From IMG/VR virus record IMGVR_UViG_3300032086_003797, positions 32,001-96,000 of that record: 64,000 nt of DNA. One strand, written 5' to 3'. This document shows positions 42,039 through 52,228 of the stretch, in pieces. The DNA is from a virus. The notes under the pieces were generated by a model. It saw only the letters and a program-made list of their open reading frames with translations, did no database searches and had not been told where the DNA came from. The stretch's first letter is position 1. Every line of letters begins with the position of its first letter. Position numbers and translations under genes: made by a program.

Positions 42039-43263
42039 GACCGCAACACAACTAAGCGCAGAGGCAATGAAGGCGGTCAAAAACGCCCAGCAATCGCCTC
42101 TCATTGAGGCAGAAAATGAAGCGTTACGCCAAGCAAAGGCAGCATCGTTTCTTAATCCTCATGATGATAAGGACCAGCGAGCAACTCTTTTCCCGCCTGC
42201 TCCTCCAGGTAAAACATATCGTCGTATTATCAAGGCATTCCATCAGTTAAAGTACTCGCAACTTACTGATAAGAATAATCGACATGCTGATGTAGATGAG
42301 AAGCACTGTCGAGAGGTTTTGCAGCCCTTGCTAGAGCGGGCTGGGCAAATTAACTATCCGATTATGGGCAGAGCTAAGTCCCCAGTATCGTTTTATACGG
42401 ACCATGGTCATAACCGAGGTTGGTCCTCTAACGATCTATGGCCTGGCAGACTATTGCCGTTTTTAGAGCTTTTTCCTGATGTGTATGAGGTCACCACCGA
42501 TTCTACTGGTCAGGAGATTTATACTGCCATCTCCACCCCCGAAGGAAGCCTAGGAGAATACCTTTCCGAGGTCCGATGTAACCCTAGTCAGGTAAATAAG
42601 ATTTATACTATATTTTGTGCTGTCGAGCATTTGAAAGAGTCTTTTCAGCGTGATCCATCATTCCACGGGCGAAACCCCTCAAGGCAGTTCCCAGATCGAA
42701 CGGGCGGAACCTTTGATGATATCATGGACTTGCTCCACCCAGAGCAGTTCCTATACAAGGGCACCCGCACTCAGATTTACAATAGGTGGAAGCAGGGCGC
42801 TCCAACCTCATCTACGATTGCCCAGACTCAGGGTTCCCGAACGAACGAACTGGCGAAGCTAGGATGGGATCAAGGCTTGATCCCTGGGAAAAACGGACAG
42901 ATGTCTGAATATAATCGGGAGACTTTCAAAATTTGGGAGTGGTACGATGTAAAGAACAATGCTTATTTGGGTATGACTACAAGCAATGGTAATAAGTTCA
43001 AGGAAAAGATTTTCCTGAATTGCATTGAAGCACATTGTGCAAACAGAAGTCTTCAGTCCAACGACATCAACCTTCTGTTTGTGATCGATAAACCTAGTCA
43101 TGTTCTGGCTAACCTAGAGACACAAAGAGATAATCAGGTCAGTGAGATTAGAAGAGTTAACGCCATGCTAAAAACGCTTGGAATCAAGCTGCGCATTAAA
43201 ACGGTAAGGTTTGTGAAGCAGCTAAAAGATACTAATGACATTGGTCGCACTGTGATTGTATGA
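42028..43263 (+). CDS. Hypothetical protein, possible ParB/Srx-like N-terminal domain
   Basis: GQINYPI..DHGHNR loosely matches the ParB DGxxR motif; AAGGAG RBS. Confidence 0.4.
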   Translation: MTLETATQLSAEAMKAVKNAQQSPLIEAENEALRQAKAASFLNPHDDKDQRATLFPPAPPGKTYRRIIKAFHQLKYSQLTDKNNRHADVDEKHCREVLQPLLERAGQINYPIMGRAKSPVSFYTDHGHNRGWSSNDLWPGRLLPFLELFPDVYEVTTDSTGQEIYTAISTPEGSLGEYLSEVRCNPSQVNKIYTIFCAVEHLKESFQRDPSFHGRNPSRQFPDRTGGTFDDIMDLLHPEQFLYKGTRTQIYNRWKQGAPTSSTIAQTQGSRTNELAKLGWDQGLIPGKNGQMSEYNRETFKIWEWYDVKNNAYLGMTTSNGNKFKEKIFLNCIEAHCANRSLQSNDINLLFVIDKPSHVLANLETQRDNQVSEIRRVNAMLKTLGIKLRIKTVRFVKQLKDTNDIGRTVIV

Positions 43264-43742
43264 GAGAAAAGATGGGGAATAAGCGACTCCCAACTGGCGG
43301 GAAGTGGAGATTTCTTGGCGGCAGACTAGTGCCATGCCTGAGAACAACTCTAGAGAAAACTAGCGCAACAGACAAATATACGTTCCATGTCGGCACGGAT
43401 AGCAAGCCGTTTACTGAGTATACAATTGTCAGCACAGCCATATGTCTGCGCCAAAAAGGCTCTGGAGTCTTAGTGGCTTATCGGAGGGTGAAAGTTGATA
43501 ACTTCAAATCATTAGCAGAGAGACTACTGTTTGAGACAACCGAGTCAATTGCAGTTGCGCAGATGATAGAGGGAATCACTGGCAGATCACCATTGGTACA
43601 CGCAGATGTTAATATTAAGGATGAGGCTGAGAGTAGTAAGATGCTAACAACCGTCGAGGGCATGATCAAAGGCATGGGTTTCAGTGCTGTCTGCAAGCCA
43701 AACGCCTGGGCAGCCGATATTGCAGACATGTTTACGAGATAG
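43260..43742 (+). CDS. RNase H-like YkuK family protein
   Basis: HVGTDS, RLLFET..SI, VHADVN, KPNAWAA..AD. Confidence 0.8.
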   Translation: MREKMGNKRLPTGGKWRFLGGRLVPCLRTTLEKTSATDKYTFHVGTDSKPFTEYTIVSTAICLRQKGSGVLVAYRRVKVDNFKSLAERLLFETTESIAVAQMIEGITGRSPLVHADVNIKDEAESSKMLTTVEGMIKGMGFSAVCKPNAWAADIADMFTR

Positions 43743-43749
43743 AGAATAT

Positions 43750-44493
43750 ATGATTGATTTAAAACATGCAGATTGTTTAGAGTATCTTCGCACACTCGAT
43801 GATGAATCAGCCGACCTTGTTGTGGTTGACCCTCCTTACTTTGAGATCGTCAAAGACGCCTGGGATAACCAGTGGGGCTCCGAGCAAGAGTACCTAGATT
43901 GGTGCAAGGCTTGGACGGAGGAGTGCTTCCGTGTCATGAAGCCAGGTGCCTGCTTTTATGTTTGGGGCACAACTAAGACAGACACATTTCTAAGATATAA
44001 GCTGAATGTTCTCAACGAGATACCAGATGCTCATTATCAAAACTGGATCATTTGGGCTTATGACTGGGGTGGCAGAACAAAGAAGAAGTTCCCCCGCAAG
44101 CATGAAGATATTCTAATGTACTCCAAAGGCAAGGAGTTCCCATTTCATGCTGATGACATTCGAGTGCCCTACAAAATGAAAAAGAATATCCGTGCCACCG
44201 CTAGTAACAATCCACTAGGCAAGATCCCAACTGATGTGTGGACTAAGAACAACCATACCACAAGCAAAGAATATGCAGGCTGGCACACTACCCAGAAACC
44301 CATCTCATTGCTAGAGAGAATCATAAAAGCTCATACACAACCTGGCGATACTGTGGTAGACTGTTTTAGCGGCTCGGGATCAACGATGATTGCCTGTTCA
44401 AATACTGGTCGATCGTTTAGGGGTTGTGAGTTTGATGAAGAATATATTAATAAATCCCTCGAAAGGTTAGAGGTTCTATGCAAGACGAAGTAA
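43750..44493 (+). CDS. DNA N6-A/N4-C methyltransferase (beta class)
   Basis: DPPY, HTTQKP, DCFSGSGST. Confidence 0.92.
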   Translation: MIDLKHADCLEYLRTLDDESADLVVVDPPYFEIVKDAWDNQWGSEQEYLDWCKAWTEECFRVMKPGACFYVWGTTKTDTFLRYKLNVLNEIPDAHYQNWIIWAYDWGGRTKKKFPRKHEDILMYSKGKEFPFHADDIRVPYKMKKNIRATASNNPLGKIPTDVWTKNNHTTSKEYAGWHTTQKPISLLERIIKAHTQPGDTVVDCFSGSGSTMIACSNTGRSFRGCEFDEEYINKSLERLEVLCKTK

Positions 44494-45047
44494 AGAAGTA
44501 TCAAATCATTTATGCTGATCCGCCTTGGGATTATAAGGGGCAGCTTCAGCATACAGGACAAGGCGGCAAGGACTCTGGCGGAGCTACAAAGCACTACGGC
44601 TGCATGAAACTGGCAGACCTAAAGAAGCTTGATGTTCCAAGCTTATGCGATGAGGATTGTCTTATGTTCATGTGGGCGACGAGCCCGCACCTTGACCAAG
44701 CGATTGAGCTACTGAAGGCTTGGGGGTTCTCCTGGGCAACTGTGGGGTTTGTCTGGGATAAGCAAAAGGTCAACCCAGGGTTTTACACCATGAGCCAAGT
44801 CGAGCTTTGCTTGATTGGTAAGCGAGGCAAGATCCCAAAACCACGAGGTGCCCGCAACATTCGGCAGATGGTCTCAGTGATGAGGGGGAAACACAGCGCC
44901 AAGCCAGAGGAAGTAAGAAAGAGAATTGAAGAGATGTTCCCAGAACAAGCCAAGTTAGAAATGTTTGCCAGAGCCGCCGCCGATGGCTGGGACGTGCATG
45001 GCAATGAAATTGAAGCAGATGTGGAGTTAGATTTTGTCAGTCAATGA
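44478..45047 (+). CDS. MT-A70 family adenine methyltransferase
   Basis: IYADPPW, FMWAT, HSAKP, LEMFAR, GNE. Confidence 0.92.
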   Translation: MQDEVKKYQIIYADPPWDYKGQLQHTGQGGKDSGGATKHYGCMKLADLKKLDVPSLCDEDCLMFMWATSPHLDQAIELLKAWGFSWATVGFVWDKQKVNPGFYTMSQVELCLIGKRGKIPKPRGARNIRQMVSVMRGKHSAKPEEVRKRIEEMFPEQAKLEMFARAAADGWDVHGNEIEADVELDFVSQ

Positions 45048-45135
45048 CCAAAGTAATTTATTTAATGTTAGTGATGAATGTTATGATTGCGGGTGTGACT
45101 TAAAACCAGCCTGCGCAGACCGACCAGGGAATAAA

Positions 45136-45618
45136 ATGAAAGTAGAGAAAAAGAATATGCAAGTAAGAGTACAACGAGTTCATGAAAATGCTAAGATGCC
45201 AGTGAGGGCCCACAGCACTGATGCGGGTATGGACTTGTTCTTTTGCCCGACGCCAAAGCCTGAGCTAGATTCTCAGATTGAGACCGTGCTACCGTTTGGT
45301 TCATCCGTAATCCCAACTGGGTTAAAGATCGAAGTTCCTGAGGGTTACATGCTGGAGATCAAGAACAAGTCAGGTATTGCTAGTAAGCGTGGCTTGCTTG
45401 TGGGTGCTTGCGTTGTTGACCGAGGGTATACTGGTGAGATCTTCGTGAACCTCCACAACGTTACCCACCGCAACCAGACTCTCCACGACGGCGACAAGAT
45501 TGCCCAGGCGGTCTTCGTAAAGGTTGAAACAAATATCAGCCTGGTAGAATCAGATAATATTTATGACGACGACACAAGCAGAGGTGATGGCGCACTAGGC
45601 TCAACGGGCGACAGGTAA
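45136..45618 (+). CDS. dut: dUTPase (trimeric)
   Basis: AGMDL, KSG, VVDRGYTGE, KIAQ, RGDGALGSTG; start uncertain. Confidence 0.92.
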   Translation: MKVEKKNMQVRVQRVHENAKMPVRAHSTDAGMDLFFCPTPKPELDSQIETVLPFGSSVIPTGLKIEVPEGYMLEIKNKSGIASKRGLLVGACVVDRGYTGEIFVNLHNVTHRNQTLHDGDKIAQAVFVKVETNISLVESDNIYDDDTSRGDGALGSTGDR

Positions 45619-45644
45619 AATAATAATAAAATATATTTGCCAGT

Positions 45645-45691
45645 TTCCTTGACGTATCCCCTATCCGTGGTAATATAAATTGTAAGGGAGA
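45645..45691 (+). promoter_or_regulatory. Early promoter+RBS cassette, copy 2
   Basis: CTTGAC-N14-TGG-TAATAT-AAATTGTAAGGGAGA. Confidence 0.85.
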
Positions 45692-45698
45692 TACAGAT

Positions 45699-46601
45699 AT
45701 GGGTTATCGCACTAATCAATGTCAACACTGTGGTCAATACGGACACAACCGTCGTGGCTGCCCACAAATCAAAGAAGCCCACGCCAGAGTTGAGAGCCTT
45801 GCCGAGAAGTACGGCATTGAGCGTTTGGAAGATGAGCTTGCCTACGCTTCCACTCAGTGGATCAGCAGAATCAACGAGGCTGCCAAGATTCAAGACGCCG
45901 ATGAGGATGAAATCTCCTGGCGTGACCGCTGGCTCTGGGAAGAGGTTGAAGAGCGCAAGATTGCTCAGGCTCGCAAGAACAAGCGTGGTCGTCGCTGCGG
46001 TTTCTGCGGTGCTCACGGTCACAACGCTCGAACCTGCCCAACTAAAAAGGAACATCGTGTCCAAGCTGATCGAGTTCAGGGTCTTGCCCATCGTGTAGTA
46101 GCGGCGGTTCTTGAGAAGGCTGGGATTGTCCCAGGGGCTGTAGTTGGGGTTCGGGAGTGGGATTACAAAGCTGAGGAATACCGTATGGCTCCAGCCCTTG
46201 TCAGTCACATCGAGTGGGATGCGATTGCCAAGCCTGGCTATAAAACGCCGCAAGGCATTCCAAACATCTTTGAGGACTGGTTCTCCAAGCCAATGATTCG
46301 GGTTCAGACGCCCAATGGCTCGGGGCTAATAAGAATCCCTTACTCTCTCAAGCAGTGCCCAGAGTACCACTGGTACGAAGGCAGGGAAGATCATAACTCT
46401 TCGATGATCAGCCCATATCTTGCGGGTGAGGTAAACAAGAGTCAAGGCTGGAAGGGTGACGACATCTCACTGATCGACCCAGAGCATTGCAGTAAGATCC
46501 AGCGTTGGTCATCCGTTTCTTGGTGCGCCGATGAGGAGCTTACTCCTGTCATTGAAAAGCTCATCGCAGAGGTCGGTCTTGCTATGAACGATATCTTATA
46601 A
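45699..46601 (+). CDS. Early protein with two CCHC zinc knuckles
   Basis: CQHCGQYGHNRRGC and CGFCGAHGHNARTC. Confidence 0.8.
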   Translation: MGYRTNQCQHCGQYGHNRRGCPQIKEAHARVESLAEKYGIERLEDELAYASTQWISRINEAAKIQDADEDEISWRDRWLWEEVEERKIAQARKNKRGRRCGFCGAHGHNARTCPTKKEHRVQADRVQGLAHRVVAAVLEKAGIVPGAVVGVREWDYKAEEYRMAPALVSHIEWDAIAKPGYKTPQGIPNIFEDWFSKPMIRVQTPNGSGLIRIPYSLKQCPEYHWYEGREDHNSSMISPYLAGEVNKSQGWKGDDISLIDPEHCSKIQRWSSVSWCADEELTPVIEKLIAEVGLAMNDIL

Positions 46602-46923
46602 AGGAGAAGAAAATGGGTTGGGCTACTAAGATTGATAAAACAATCACAAGCTTTGAAGAGACAACAGGCAGGATTCAAGATGCCATGGACTGGGCGGAGA
46701 AGGCACGAGACTATGCACATGAATATGACAAGGGCTGCACAGCTTATGTTGACATGTACAAAGCCCATGCTGCATTAGAAGCCTTGAAGAGTATAGTCGA
46801 GAAAGCATCTAATGATTTAGCTAAGGATATGTTTGGAGATTGAGTTTTTTACAATAAAATAGCTAAACACTTGCTTGAATATAATATATATTAGATAAAG
46901 AATAACCATTAGGAGGTTACAAC

Positions 46924-47100
46924 ATGAATAACATTTTAAATAACTGGTCTGAAATCAAAGAGCTTATTGATATGCTAGAGGTTGATATGGGCAAGACTGC
47001 TGGAGGCAACAAAGCCGCTGGCGTTCGTGTCCGCAAAGAGCTTCGCAGACTCAAGACACTAACTTCAGGATTAGTCAAAGAGACTTTGAACAAGGAATGA
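46924..47100 (+). CDS. Histone H1-like Hc1-family small protein (58 aa, below the ORF-track cutoff)
   Basis: GGNKAAGVRVRKEL motif; AGGAGG RBS; upstream TATAAT. Confidence 0.75.
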   Translation: MNNILNNWSEIKELIDMLEVDMGKTAGGNKAAGVRVRKELRRLKTLTSGLVKETLNKE

Positions 47101-47657
47101 AATTGCTGTTAGCAAGATTATACTTCTGGTTAGCAAGAGTTTTGTTGTCCCGTGGTTTGCTCGCTGGACAATGGTTTCAAAACAAAGGCATCTTGATGCT
47201 CGCTAAGATCGGAATAAAAAAGAATGGATAGTATGGTTGGGTTGGCATATGCGGCTGTTGCAGTTGGCACTAGCGTGGTGACTGTGATGGCGCTTGAAAA
47301 GATGACTCAGGCAATCGGCAACAAAAGATTTAAAAGAAAGGTCAATAGAAGACTGTGACTATTCATGATTTCATTGAGGTCGGCTTAGTTTCAGTTCTTT
47401 TACTCCTAACTTTTTGGATAGGATACGAATTCGGTGCGAACAAGAATGAATAAAAAGAAGTACCTTTACGTCTGTCAAACAGAGGATGGTCGCAACAATA
47501 AACTGTTAGAAAAGTGCGGGTTCCGATATGCATTCACAGAAATCGGTAACTGGAATTGTCCAAAGTGTGGAGCGAAGCTAGACCTAGAAGGTACGTCTGG
47601 CAAAACTGTCTCCGAAATACTCTCAGAAGGCTTCAGGGAAGAGAAAAAAGGTAAATA

Positions 47658-48092
47658 ATGAAAAGGTTTACTCTAATTGACATCGTTACCATGCTGGGTA
47701 TTGCATCATCTATTTTATTAGTATTGATGTTCGCCTCGGGATGCTCTATGAAATTCTATAAGGAGACACCAGAGGATACTCGCAAATGCTGCGAGCGGGT
47801 CAACTTACACACCGAAGAGATGGATAAGTTTGGGCGTTACTGCAAGGTAGCTGTGTTCCTCTCTAAGAGCGAAAACATGGCAGTCGGCGCAGGCGTCAAG
47901 AAAGGTGCGCAAGAGGCGGTAAGGATTTGTAAGTTTGTTTTCCAGGTTGAGACTGACAAGGATTTGATTTCAGCTTCAGATGCTCAACATTATTATAAGG
48001 TTCGCAGCTACGTTGTCGATAACCCTATTCAGAAGGGTTGGCGCATGAAGCTAGATTGTGACCCAGCAGAAATTTATTGTGAGGAGTTTTAA
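47658..48092 (+). CDS. Putative lipoprotein
   Basis: Hydrophobic N-terminus with lipobox-like FASGC. Confidence 0.55.
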   Translation: MKRFTLIDIVTMLGIASSILLVLMFASGCSMKFYKETPEDTRKCCERVNLHTEEMDKFGRYCKVAVFLSKSENMAVGAGVKKGAQEAVRICKFVFQVETDKDLISASDAQHYYKVRSYVVDNPIQKGWRMKLDCDPAEIYCEEF

Positions 48093-48093
48093 G

Positions 48094-48795
48094 ATGAGTA
48101 GCAACGAACAGGGTTTTGCCTATGAGACAACGGTCATTGAGGCTTTGAAGGCGGCAGGAATCGCAGGCGACATTCAGGAGGGCGCAGGCGCATCGGCAAC
48201 ACTTGCCGACGCAGATTTTTTTGTCGGCGGTAAAAAATATTTATTAGAAGTGAAGCAGGATTCCCACGCACAGATGGGAGGCACCTCTGTACGCTATGAT
48301 AACGGCAGCTTTGAGATGGTGAGTGAAGCCGTAGATGGCAATACGGCAGATCTAATCATCTCAGCACTAGGTCAAAAGGTAGAAGCCATTGAACGTTTCC
48401 TAGCTGCTATTGGGGCAGAGAAATTTCCTACCACTTGTGACAAGTACACTTGGACAGAAGCAAAGAAAAAAGGATTATTAAAACCTATCAACGCTAAAAT
48501 CAAAGAGGATGTTTCTTTCATTATCGACCACTACAAGAAGAAAGGTATCCACTACATGCAGATTGGTGGAGCAGGCTTATTCTATTTGGATGAGAACCCA
48601 GCGGACCTACCCGTACCCAAGCTCGAAGGTGAGATTGACATCGAGTTACGAGCGGGGCGCAGTGGCTCTTCATTAAACGCCGCAGGCGTCCGCCGAGTCA
48701 GCGGTTTGTTGCGAGCCCAGGCACGACTAAAGTTCAAGGGCAAGTCGCCGATTAGCTTGGACTCACCCAGTGGGATTGCTCAGTTGAAGAGATGA
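48094..48795 (+). CDS. PD-(D/E)XK nuclease-like protein
   Basis: GFAYE..ADADF..LLEVK. Confidence 0.6.
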   Translation: MSSNEQGFAYETTVIEALKAAGIAGDIQEGAGASATLADADFFVGGKKYLLEVKQDSHAQMGGTSVRYDNGSFEMVSEAVDGNTADLIISALGQKVEAIERFLAAIGAEKFPTTCDKYTWTEAKKKGLLKPINAKIKEDVSFIIDHYKKKGIHYMQIGGAGLFYLDENPADLPVPKLEGEIDIELRAGRSGSSLNAAGVRRVSGLLRAQARLKFKGKSPISLDSPSGIAQLKR

Positions 48796-49286
48796 AGAAG
48801 TCAGAGTTAATCAGGTTGATCCGCTACCAGTTGAACAGTGGCGATCACCCAGGCACAGAAGTTGTGCTCGATCTACTCGATCAGCTTATCAGCCAGGGCG
48901 GAGCAACATTGGGCGACGTAACAAAAATAAAAGAACTAATCTTAGAGGAATAATAAATGCTATACACGCTAAAGGTAGTAGCAACCATGATCGTAGCCTT
49001 TGCAGGAGGTATAGTATTAAACAGGTTGCTTTATAGATTCTTCGATTGGTTCTTAGATCTTATAGAAAGTTTTGATGAAGAGAACAGGCACTAATGCATA
49101 AGCGATATGATAGATACCCAGCATGGACCGACGCCCTAGCAGAACATAAGAGATGGAGCAACAGAGGCAAGTCTTGGACCAAAGAGTATATGAGATTATA
49201 CAAACGAGCCACACAAGAACAAGCAGAAGAGGAGTGGTACAACAGGCCACCCGATTCATATCATAAACCACAGGAGTATTAGTAGC

Positions 49287-49985
49287 ATGTCACGATTTGG
49301 AAAAACAGCAGGTGGTAACCGACGCAGGCACCCTCTTCGACAAGACGATTGGCAAGATCCCAAGACCTATGTGGCTAGGCGACTTGTGGTAGAAGCCAGG
49401 AACTACGACAAGAACAGTGATTCTATGAAGACGGTCGCCGATCGTTTCAGGTGGGCAGCCGACGCTTGGATAAGCAGTGGCTATAGCGACGATGAGCTAC
49501 AAACACATCTTTGTAACTATTGTGGCGAAGAGAAGCCATTCTATGATTATTATTCTAAAAGCGAAATAAGGTGCAAAGAGTGTCAACCTAAAAGACAATC
49601 GGTTCCTATCAATACTCCCGAGCGAATCAGGAAGAGGATCGCCACCGCTTACGTTATCACCATCAAGCACGAATTGGGCAAGGGAAACAATAAATATATC
49701 TCTAATCCCATTCCTATTGTATGGGACGAGATAGAGAAACACTTGGGATACAACAAGGAAGATCTACTAAGGCATTTAGAGAGCAGGTTTGAGCCTTGGA
49801 TGGATTGGAGTTGTTGGGGGCGCACCAGAAAAAATCAAGATGGTAAGTGTTGGGAGATCGATCATATCAAACCCAGGAGCACTTACGAATACACAGGAAT
49901 CAACACACCAGAGTTCAAAGAGATTTGGAGCTTGGGGAATATTAGACCATTATCTCGCAAAGAGAACACAGCAAAGGGAGCATAA
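49287..49985 (+). CDS. HNH endonuclease
   Basis: CNYC/CKEC zinc ribbon; WEIDHIKP..NIRPLSRKEN..KG. Confidence 0.8.
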   Translation: MSRFGKTAGGNRRRHPLRQDDWQDPKTYVARRLVVEARNYDKNSDSMKTVADRFRWAADAWISSGYSDDELQTHLCNYCGEEKPFYDYYSKSEIRCKECQPKRQSVPINTPERIRKRIATAYVITIKHELGKGNNKYISNPIPIVWDEIEKHLGYNKEDLLRHLESRFEPWMDWSCWGRTRKNQDGKCWEIDHIKPRSTYEYTGINTPEFKEIWSLGNIRPLSRKENTAKGA

Positions 49986-50969
49986 GGAGTTATGACAAGT
50001 TACCATGTAGACAAGAAGCTCGACCAGTTGACCGAGAGATTCTCAGAAGAGATCAACAAGGTCATCGCAGGCTTTGGTCATGAGTTAGAATACTTTCAAG
50101 ACAGAGTAGAACGCCTTGAGAAAAACCACAAGCGGACCCAAATGAAGCTAGGATTCCTAAGCCTCGTGGTTCTGCTAAGTTTCATCCTATAAGCAGCGGG
50201 CGACAAATAATAATGTTTGAATTAGAAAACCCCAATAAAGAAGAAATGATAGAACACATCTATAAGATTGCAGATGAGTATATCCAGAAGAGCATAGATG
50301 ATCCTAATGGAGAGTTAGCTTATCAAGAAACAGAATGGAGAACCCCAGGTAACTGGTTTGCTTCTATCGAGGATATCGAAGGTTGGGTTAAGTTGATCAC
50401 TTCGCATAACAACTTCTATGGTTATGTTACAAGAGAGTTATATAAGTTAGGCTTCTATGATGAAATAGGTAATGAATACAGTGGTAGTGCTTTCAGCCGA
50501 ATGTGGCATGGCAGAGAAGGACTTGCTGCCAAGGGTGAGTACGGAGTGACCGATGTGCCTATTAATCAATTGAGGATACAACGGAACAAGAAAAGAAGAG
50601 CCGCCAGGGGCAGCACCTTTCGTGTTTAGTAACTTTGCCTAATATTTGTGCATAGTTGTGTTTAGGAGTGACAATAAATGGGCGTTTTTTTTCAAGTTGA
50701 CAGCAAAGTCATAGGGGTGCCTACTTTTTGTGCAAAAGGATTGCTTATTAATTGTGCAAAAATAAGGTTTTGATTATAAAATAGGCACAGTGTGACATTA
50801 TTGTCATAGTGACCTTGGAGGTGCGAAGAGACCTAATACATAGATGATGTAAAGTCGTCAAGAAGATTATTTAGCAGGCTAAAGGGAATAAACTCTCATT
50901 ATACACCATATACTATTGGTTGTTAAAGCAGGTTTTCGCAGGAGAAAAAAGTGAAAAAAGTTTAGCAGT

Positions 50970-51016
50970 TTCCTTGACTCCCAGCGTATACATGGTAATA
51001 TAAGATGTAAGGGAGA
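50970..51016 (+). promoter_or_regulatory. Early promoter+RBS cassette, copy 3
   Basis: CTTGAC-N14-TGG-TAATAT-AAGATGTAAGGGAGA. Confidence 0.85.
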
Positions 51017-51025
51017 GAGATTGAT

Positions 51026-52078
51026 ATGAGTGTAGACTTCAAAACCTTTGTGAACTTAGCGCCTGCGGTATCTGCCGCTCGCCTGCCTGTCCTGCTTCGT
51101 GGTCGCCACGGTGTTGGTAAAAGCCAGGTTGTTTACCAGATTGCTAAGAACATGGAGCTTCCAGTTGTGGAGCGCCGTGCTTCCCAAATGACCGAGGGTG
51201 ACTTGGTTGGCTTGCCCAGCATTGAGGGCAATCGCACCAGCTTCAATCCGCCAGACTGGTTCAAACAGGCTTGTGAAGAGCCCGTTGTCCTGTTTCTGGA
51301 CGAAGTTGACCGTGCCACCTTGGAAGTTCGCCAAGGTATCTTTGAGTTGACGGACAGTCGGAAGCTCAATGGGCACTACCTTCACGCTGATACGCTTGTG
51401 TTCGCTGCCATCAACGGTGGTGAGCACGGTGAGCAGTACCAAGTCAATGAGATGGACCCAGCGGAACTTGACCGTTGGTCAGTCTGGGACATTGAGCCTA
51501 CGGTTGAGGACTGGTTGTCCTGGGCTAAGGGCAATGTTGACTCCCTGGTTTGGGACTTCATCAACCAAAACCGTGATCACCTTGAGCACAACGGTGACAT
51601 CGAGCCCAACAAGCGGTACCCTAGCCGTCGTAGTTGGGATCGGCTGAACCAAGTGTTGGCAAAAGCTGACCTTCTGGAGTCCCCAGGTCCCCAGATGTTC
51701 GCCCTTGCTCAGTCCTTCGTGGGCTTCGAGGCTGCTGTCTCCTTCAATGACTTCGCTGCCAACTATGAGCGGCAGGTTACGGTTCAACAGTTGCTTGCTG
51801 GTGAGCGTGTGGAAGCCCTAGCTGGGTTCTCCCTAAATGATAACTGCGCTTTGATCGAGAAGCTTGACGCTTCTGGTGCGCTCAAAGAAGAAGACCTTAG
51901 CGAGGAACAGGTTGTGAACCTGGCTAAGTATTTCGTAACCCTTCCTAGCGAAGCTGCCATGAAGCTGTGGCAAGTTGTCGCTCGGATGCCACAACCCAAA
52001 GTGAAGCTGTTTCATGCTGCTGAGCTTGCTGACGGTGAATCCGTCGCTGGGTACCTGGCAAAGATCTTGGGAGCCTAA
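51026..52078 (+). CDS. MoxR-like AAA+ ATPase
   Basis: GRHGVGKS, LFLDEVDRA, FAAIN, MDPAELDRW, PSRRSW. Confidence 0.88.
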   Translation: MSVDFKTFVNLAPAVSAARLPVLLRGRHGVGKSQVVYQIAKNMELPVVERRASQMTEGDLVGLPSIEGNRTSFNPPDWFKQACEEPVVLFLDEVDRATLEVRQGIFELTDSRKLNGHYLHADTLVFAAINGGEHGEQYQVNEMDPAELDRWSVWDIEPTVEDWLSWAKGNVDSLVWDFINQNRDHLEHNGDIEPNKRYPSRRSWDRLNQVLAKADLLESPGPQMFALAQSFVGFEAAVSFNDFAANYERQVTVQQLLAGERVEALAGFSLNDNCALIEKLDASGALKEEDLSEEQVVNLAKYFVTLPSEAAMKLWQVVARMPQPKVKLFHAAELADGESVAGYLAKILGA

Positions 52079-52116
52079 TCTCTACCCTTACACAACCAAG
52101 GTTCCTTTGAGATCGG

Positions 52117-52152
52117 CAGAGCCCACCGAAGTAATGGTGGGCTTCTGTTTTT
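52117..52152 (+). terminator. Rho-independent terminator
   Basis: AGCCCACC/GGTGGGCT stem followed by a T run. Confidence 0.75.
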
Positions 52153-52175
52153 AAAGGGCAAATAAATATAGTAGT

Positions 52176-52222
52176 TTACTTGACAGGTAGCCATAGTGTG
52201 GTACTATAAATTGTAAGGAAGA
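52176..52222 (+). promoter_or_regulatory. Early promoter+RBS cassette, copy 4
   Basis: CTTGAC-N14-TGG-TACTAT-AAATTGTAAGGAAGA. Confidence 0.85.
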
Positions 52223-52228
52223 GATGAA

